A model generated the notes under the pieces. That model worked only from the letters and a program-made list of their open reading frames with translations, was not told the DNA's origin and did not search any database. The position numbers were made by a program, and so were the translations under genes. A stretch of 63,842 nucleotides of DNA, filler included, from Thraustochytrium aureum (lineage: Eukaryota), in assembly GCA_012862495.1 (NCBI GenBank). It is 4 parts of 2 records of this genome, joined end to end, with 100 filler letters (N's around TTAATTAATTAA, not from the genome) between each part and the next. Parts side by side here need not be neighbours in the genome. Positions count along the whole stretch, not along the records: positions 48,459 to 62,210 come from BLSG01000379.1; positions 62,311 to 63,842 come from BLSG01000403.1; 2 more parts are not named here. The stretch is one strand, 5' to 3'. Positions 57,214-63,842 of this stretch are shown piece after piece. Position 1 is the stretch's first letter. The number at the start of each line of letters is the position of its first letter.

Positions 57214-58422
57214 NNNNNNNNNNNNNNNNNNNNNNNNNNNNNNNNNNNNNNNNNNNNNNNNNNNNNNNNNNNNNNNNNNNNNNNNNNNNNNNNNNNNNNN
57301 NNNNNNNNNNNNNNNNNNNNNNNNNNNNNNNNNNNNNNNNNNNNNNNNNNNNNNNNNNNNNNNNNNNNNNNNNNNNNNNNNNNNNNNNNNNNNNNNNNNN
57401 NNNNNNNNNNNNNNNNNNNNNNNNNNNNNNNNNNNNNNNNNNNNNNNNNNNNNNNNNNNNNNNNNNNNNNNNNNNNNNNNNNNNNNNNNNNNNNNNNNNN
57501 NNNNNNNNNNNNNNNNNNNNNNNNNNNNNNNNNNNNNNNNNNNNNNNNNNNNNNNNNNNNNNNNNNNNNNNNNNNNNNNNNNNNNNNNNNNNNNNNNNNN
57601 NNNNNNNNNNNNNNNNNNNNNNNNNNNNNNNNNNNNNNNNNNNNNNNNNNNNNNNNNNNNNNNNNNNNNNNNNNNNNNNNNNNNNNNNNNNNNNNNNNNN
57701 NNNNNNNNNNNNNNNNNNNNNNNNNNNNNNNNNNNNNNNNNNNNNNNNNNNNNNNNNNNNNNNNNNNNNNNNNNNNNNNNNNNNNNNNNNNNNNNNNNNN
57801 NNNNNNNNNNNNNNNNNNNNNNNNNNNNNNNNNNNNNNNNNNNNNNNNNNNNNNNNNNNNNNNNNNNNNNNNNNNNNNNNNNNNNNNNNNNNNNNNNNNN
57901 NNNNNNNNNNNNNNNNNNNNNNNNNNNNNNNNNNNNNNNNNNNNNNNNNNNNNNNNNNNNNNNNNNNNNNNNNNNNNNNNNNNNNNNNNNNNNNNNNNNN
58001 NNNNNNNNNNNNNNNNNNNNNNNNNNNNNNNNNNNNNNNNNNNNNNNNNNNNNNNNNNNNNNNNNNNNNNNNNNNNNNNNNNNNNNNNNNNNNNNNNNNN
58101 NNNNNNNNNAGACATGACTAGGCGCTCGAGGCTCCTTGAGCTGCCGTCTGCCGGCCGCGCACCGGGAGTTTACGAGGGGAGGCTGATTCCGCGCGGGTTA
58201 GGGTGCGCGGTTGCGCGCTTGCCCGTTGAACGAAAGATTTCTTTCGAGTTGTTGAGCACAACCTGCTTGTGAACTTCCGTTCGTTGTTGGCTGGGGCCGC
58301 GGCGACGGAGGAGGCGCCCTCGGCCGACGCAGCAACGCCAATTGCCCCCCGGGAACGCGCCAAAGTAAGAATGCAAAGTCTGTCAATCAAGTCAATTCCA
58401 ACGCTTCAGCGCTAGAGCTAGG

Positions 58423-61400
58423 TCAGGTAATCTCCGTCAGCCACTCGGACCACGGCTCTTGCAAGGCATCGTTGCTGGAGAGCTGAGGCGGCGGGTCGGA
58501 GGAAGAAATCGCCATCAGAGGATCTATGTTTGCGCCCACCGGGGAAGGGATCGAGGGGAACAGGCCAAAGGCGTCGTCGTCCACCACGCCCTCAACTCCC
58601 ATCCCAGCGACGTGCTCCCCATGGTCGTCATTCGCCATCAGCTTGGCCGCCCCGGCCGAGCCCAGCAGCGCCATTGCGTCCTCATTGCTGGCAGCCGCGC
58701 TGGTCAAGCTGCTGACGCTGTGCTGGTCGTCAAGATCGAAGAGACCATACTCCTCGCGGTCCCCAATAAACATCGACGTCCAGCCCGGTGAGCCCGGGAT
58801 TGAGCACTGGTCGAGGTCAACTCCGGCCTGCAGAGCGTCGCCTGGAAGTACAGCCACCGGCGAAACTGCCGCCGCCGCCGCAGCAGCGGCAGCCGCTACC
58901 GAGCCACCCGCCCAGGTCGAGCTCGGCACGGACACGGCCTTCTTCCGCCCGTTGCGCCGCGGGCCAGCATCACCACAAAGCTCCTCTGCCTTGCGCTTCG
59001 CGGATGGCTGAACCGCCCGGGAACCTTTGCCCGGCGGCGCGGAGGCGGCGCCCATCGACACTGCCGACGCGGCCGAAACCCCGCGGGCGCGGCCCGCCCC
59101 GTGCCCGCTGCTTGATCGCCGCCGCGCAGTCGCCGACTCGTGCGCCAATCTAGGCGCGACCTGAAGGCCACCTGCCACGCTCGTCGCACTTGCCACGATC
59201 GGTCTTGCGAGCCCATGAGAAGAAGCGACGGCTCCGCTCAAAGTGCGCGAGATGCAGCCCCCCTTCTGTGCGGCCGCCGCGGCACCGACGCGGTTGTTTG
59301 CCGTCGCCGAACAAGTCGCTGCAGTTGCCGTCGTCGTCGTCGTGGTTGTTGTTGTCGCTACGCGCGCTGCAGAGGTGCGAAAGGCGGCGGTCGACGAGGC
59401 CCGTTCCGCGGCCAGCGCGCGCTCCTCAAGGGCAACCTTGCTGCCAAGCGACCCATCCACGCTGCCGGAGACAATCGGCTCCATCAGCAGCGTGACAGGG
59501 TTTGTAATGCGGAACGAGCGCCAGGCGCGCGTCGCGTAGACAGGCGTGATCGTAAGGTCCAGCTCGCGCATTTTGTGTACGTTGGCGAGCATCTCTTCGA
59601 TCGTGCTCGGCGGTTTGACGTCGAACGACTCTGTGCTCTGGGACCGCCGCCTTGCGAGGTCCGCCACCTCGTGCACTAGCCGCTGAAGCGACTCAAACGC
59701 CGTCTTTTCAAAGCTCAGGGTGAGGTGGCCCGAGTGCTGCGACCGATGCCGCTTCCAGCACACCTCGCACAACACTGCCGGCCGCGCCCGCATCGATCGG
59801 ACAACACGCGGCGCGACTTTGTCGACCTCCGGCAAGCCGATCTTGGAGGGGTAGGCCCTTGTTGCGGCCGTGTTTGGGCCCACGCTTGGGCCGGCCGTGG
59901 GCTCTGCGCCCATTGGCGGCTCACTCGCGTTCCACCGCGCGCGACCGGATCGTTCCGAAAGCCCCACAGCGCCAACGAGCAATTCGCCGCGCGTTGACCC
60001 CAGCATCTCGCCTTCCNCTTCGCTGGCCACGAAGACGACGTTGTTGCGGATGGCAGACGGACAGCTCAGTCCGTTTCGGCGCTTCAGAACGCTTTGGGTG
60101 CCTCCGTCCAGCTGGACAGTGTAAAANNNNNNNNNNNNNNNNNNNNNNNNNNNNNNNNNNNNNNNNNNNNNNNNNNNNNNNNNNNNNNNNNNNNNNNNNN
60201 NNNNNNNNNNNNNNNNNNNNNNNNNNNNNNNNNNNNNNNNNNNNNNNNNNNNNNNNNNNNNNNNNNNNNNNNNNNNNNNNNNNNNNNNNNNNNNNNNNNN
60301 NNNNNNNNNNNNNNNNNNNNNNNNNNNNNNNNNNNNNNNNNNNNNNNNNNNNNNNNNNNNNNNNNNNNNNNNNNNNNNNNNNNNNNNNNNNNNNNNNNNN
60401 NNNNNNNNNNNNNNNNNNNNNNNNNNNNNNNNNNNNNNNNNNNNNNNNNNNNNNNNNNNNNNNNNNNNNNNNNNNNNNNNNNNNNNNNNNNNNNNNNNNN
60501 NNNNNNNNNNNNNNNNNNNNNNNNNNNNNNNNNNNNNNNNNNNNNNNNNNNNNNNNNNNNNNNNNNNNNNNNNNNNNNNNNNNNNNNNNNNNNNNNNNNN
60601 NNNNNNNNNNNNNNNNNNNNNNNNNNNNNNNNNNNNNNNNNNNNNNNNNNNNNNNNNNNNNNNNNNNNNNNNNNNNNNNNNNNNNNNNNNNNNNNNNNNN
60701 NNNNNNNNNNNNNNNNNNNNNNNNNNNNNNNNNNNNNNNNNNNNNNNNNNNNNNNNNNNNNNNNNNNNNNNNNNNNNNNNNNNNNNNNNNNNNNNNNNNN
60801 NNNNNNNNNNNNNNNNNNNNNNNNNNNNNNNNNNNNNNNNNNNNNNNNNNNNNNNNNNNNNNNNNNNNNNNNNNNNNNNNNNNNNNNNNNNNNNNNNNNN
60901 NNNNNNNNNNNNNNNNNNNNNNNNNNNNNNNNNNNNNNNNNNNNNNNNNNNNNNNNNNNNNNNNNNNNNNNNNNNNNNNNNNNNNNNNNNNNNNNNNNNN
61001 NNNNNNNNNNNNNNNNNNNNNNNNNNNNNNNNNNNNNNNNNNNNNNNNNGCGCTGGAGACCGTCTTGGACTTTGTGATTGTCCAGTACAGCGTTCCCGTA
61101 CCAATCCCGATCACCTCTTTGTTTGTGGACACGCCGTGCATGACGGGAATCCCTGCGCGCATGAGCTGGCCGATGTTTGGCACGGCTCGCCCGAGGTCGC
61201 CGCCAATGAGCTGCTTGACGGCGGGCCCGTATGCGGCGGGCACGGCGCCCCACTCTTCCTCGCCAGGCCCGTGGTTGATCGTAAACGTCCTAAACCGGTT
61301 AGTGCCCTCGCGGATGGGGCTGCACACGCCTTCCTCTTTGATCGAAAAGCGTGGGCACACACTCATGCTCTGCGGCCTGTAGAAGTGCAGCACGTTGACT

Positions 61401-62210
61401 GGACTCGTGAATCTGACGCACTCAGGTAGCTTGGCCAGCTCGATTCGCTGGGCTCGCCAGTTGTTGTTTTGGTGGCCGAACGACTCGCGTGTGAACCTCC
61501 TGAACAGCAGGGCTGCGTCCTTTGCCGCTGCAGCCGAACTCGCCTGGGTCGGCTCTTCCTTGATGGGGCTAGACGAGGCGGCCTTGCCGTCTGGCGCCTG
61601 CGTTGTCGCCTCGCTCGCCTGAGCCCCAGGCTCGACTTTAATAGGCGGCACGCACAACGCCGGTGCCTCGACCTTGACAGCAGCAACAGCGTCCCCTGCC
61701 GCCGATCCCGGCACAGGTTCGGCGAATCCGTTTGGCAGCCGCTGCCTCTTGGCGCTCGGCGCCTCCTCGCGCGACCCCTTTGGACTCTCGCCCCTGCAGC
61801 TCTGCAAGGTGTGCTCGGCACGCTCAAAATCGGCGATTACGGCAGCGAGGTCCGTTGGTCCGAGCCTTTCCTCGTGCGTGCGCCCGGGCCCCGACATGAA
61901 GGCCTGCTTGAAGACCGCAACAGGGACCGACGCGGAACTTGCGGCACCAGCGCACGCGCCAGGGATAGGCCGAGCCTTTGCGCGCAGGTGCTCGAGCGAA
62001 AATAGCTCGTTGTCAAAGCCGACGACGTCCAGCAGGCCGTCGAGAATGACGATGTTCTTCTTGAGGACCTTGGAGCCAAACTGAGAAGAGTCACAAGTCT
62101 CCTTGTCGGCGACCTTGGCGCGCTCAATCTTGACCAAGAGCTTCTTCTCCCTCGCAAGCGCGGCGCACTCGACGTGCATTGTGCAGCCGAGGACACGGAC
62201 GAGCCCGGCA
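58423..62210 (-). CDS. KDM6/UTX-like JmjC protein with substituted Fe-binding residues (5' end and middle in gaps)
   Basis: NIVILDGL..FDNELFSLEHL; WRAQRIELAKLPECVRF..NVLHF; TINHGPGEEEWGAVP; PNIGQLMRAGIPV; GTGTLYW; downstream LCEVC; joining across the 60127-61049 gap is inferred. Confidence 0.72.
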
Positions 62211-62254
62211 NNNNNNNNNNNNNNNNNNNNNNNNNNNNNNNNNNNNNNNNNNNN

Positions 62255-62266
62255 TTAATTAATTAA
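62255..62266. other. Artificial scaffold-joining linker
   Basis: TTAATTAATTAA in N run. Confidence 0.95.
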
Positions 62267-62310
62267 NNNNNNNNNNNNNNNNNNNNNNNNNNNNNNNNNN
62301 NNNNNNNNNN

Positions 62311-63842
62311 GACGGCAGAGTCACGGTGTACACCGGCGGCATTCACGTCGTTTCCGGGGGAGTGACCGTCACCGCTGGGGGTCTTGTCGTCACTGACGGC
62401 TCGGGTGTCACGCGACCACAAGCACGACGGCCTCGGCAGTAACCGCAGCGGCCACGGCTTCGGGGTACGAGGGGACCGTGCTCTTGGCCACTGCAGAGAG
62501 GCCGCAGCCACGACTTTCAGCTTCCTCGACCTGCAGGCCGACGGGACTTCGGTCTTCTCCGTCCTCGGAAATGGTGAGACCCTCGTCAAGGCCACGCTCG
62601 ATGCCACCGACAGCTTAACTGCTTCGCTAAAGACGGCCGGCGGGCTCGGTGTCGCCAAGCAGCTCTACGTGGGCGGGATTCTCGCAACGGAGGATCCAAC
62701 AGAGGCCACAACCTCGACGCTCGGGAGCGTCATGCACGCGGCGGCCTCGCGTGGCCAAGTCCATCTACGCAGGACGCCAAATCGTCGCACTCGACAATAC
62801 AGACTCGTCGACCACGGGCACGGGCGCTCTCATCTCGGCCGGCGGGCTTGGCGTCGCGCTAAATGCGTATATTGGCGGCAAGTTGGTCGGCACGCTCGCC
62901 ACGGACGCAACAAGCTCCACAGCAGGCGCCACGATGCTCGCGGGCGGCCTCGCAGTTGCACTGCAGGCCTACTTTGGCAGCAAAGTTGTCGTCGAGACGA
63001 ACGGCATCTACGTAGATGCTGGCGGAGTCCTGGTCAACGCCGGCGGGCTCACTGTCACGGCTGGAGGGCGGCAGGATAGACGCCGGCGGCCTCACTGTCG
63101 TTGGAGGCGCTAACATCAAGGACGGCCTGACCGTCGAGACGGCAGGCGGCGTGGTCAAACAGGACGCGGCGGCAATCAACGCGCTGGAGGTGGTCGCCGA
63201 GGGCGCGGCTTTCACTGCGAGCGTGCTTGACGTGCAAACGACCCGCGCGGCGAGCGCGACCTTCAACCTGATCTCGGCAGGGACTGGCAAGACGCATGTC
63301 GCTGGCAAGACGCTGACCTCGAGCGGGACGTACACGGGCTCGGACGATGTTGGCTTCACTGTCGAAATCGAGTCAGGCACAACTTACCGATGGAAGAAGG
63401 ACACCGGTAGCTGGACCAGCGGCGTTGCGGTATCGACTGCCGCAAACGGCGCTGACGGAGGGCGTCCTTGTCGCCTTCTCCGCAGACTCTGGTTACATAA
63501 CGGGAGCAACTTGGACAATTGCCGTCACGGACACGGGCGACGTCGTAGGCGCTGCAAGCCCCACAGCGTCGGGCGCGTCGCTCATGACCCTATCCGGCGA
63601 GGGCAACGTGCTGCTGGGATCCACGGGCGATCAACGGATCACGCACACTGGCGCGGCGAGCGACAGCGGAAACTTGGTCGTCTCAAGCACAGACGGCTGC
63701 GTGCTCGTCGAGACGGTGCGCTTCGACGCCGGGGCGGTGAGCGACGTCACAACAATGCAATTGGCTGGGCCGCTAACAATCACAGAAAACTTGGCAGCCA
63801 TCACGCACAGCGGCACAACTTCTCTCGCAATCACATCGACCT
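62311..63842 (+). CDS. Fragment of large Gly/Thr/Ala-rich beta-repeat, fibre/adhesin-like protein (multiple frameshifts)
   Basis: Repeats TDSLTASLKTAGGLGVAKQLYVGG, TDSSTTGTGALISAGGLGVALNAYIGG, TDATSSTAGATMLAGGLAVALQAYFG; (V/I)xAGGLxV repeats; VFSVLGNG. Confidence 0.75.

Noticed and set aside
28779..61382. ORFs that run through long X tracts and appear to fuse unrelated genes
   Set aside because: Reading frame across N gaps is arbitrary; such fusions were not accepted without motif support
8600..63500. Frameshifts in many genes read as pseudogenes or programmed frameshifting
   Set aside because: Several fall in homopolymers (C run near 8607, C run near 25478, G run near 27073, A run near 48866) and affect conserved genes with otherwise intact motifs; sequencing error is the simplest explanation

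Overview
Eukaryotic, GC-rich, gene-dense and intron-poor DNA, most consistent with a stramenopile protist such as a thraustochytrid/labyrinthulomycete (inferred from gene content, not proven). The window is a draft assembly with many N gaps. Three artificial TTAATTAATTAA linkers (17886, 48403, 62255) join four independent scaffolds, so synteny cannot be read across them. Many genes carry single-base frameshifts, several in homopolymer runs, which look like sequencing errors. About 24 protein genes or partial genes are supportable: a TM coiled-coil protein, IMP2 peptidase, a Frizzled/Smoothened-like GPCR, MLO, a longin protein, AFG1 ATPase, two AA15-like LPMO-fold membrane proteins, a 7TM receptor, an SDR, a MEST-like hydrolase, STRAP, PUS10, a Myb/PHD protein, a YbaK-EMAPII fusion, a multi-reader chromatin protein, pyruvate decarboxylase, an FPP-repeat protein, a CCDC33-like protein, a PhyH dioxygenase, ABCA, a RING protein, a KDM6-like JmjC protein and a fibre-like repeat protein. 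Most interesting: (1) a pair of membrane-anchored LPMO paralogues, one with an intact His-brace and one lacking both histidines; (2) an FHA-ELM2-SANT-RAMA-RAMA-PHD-Tudor protein, a candidate 6mA reader; (3) a KDM6-like protein lacking its Fe ligands; (4) intergenic TA-N(1-4)-TA clusters resembling stacked Tc1/mariner excision footprints. No rRNA, tRNA or CRISPR array was recognised.
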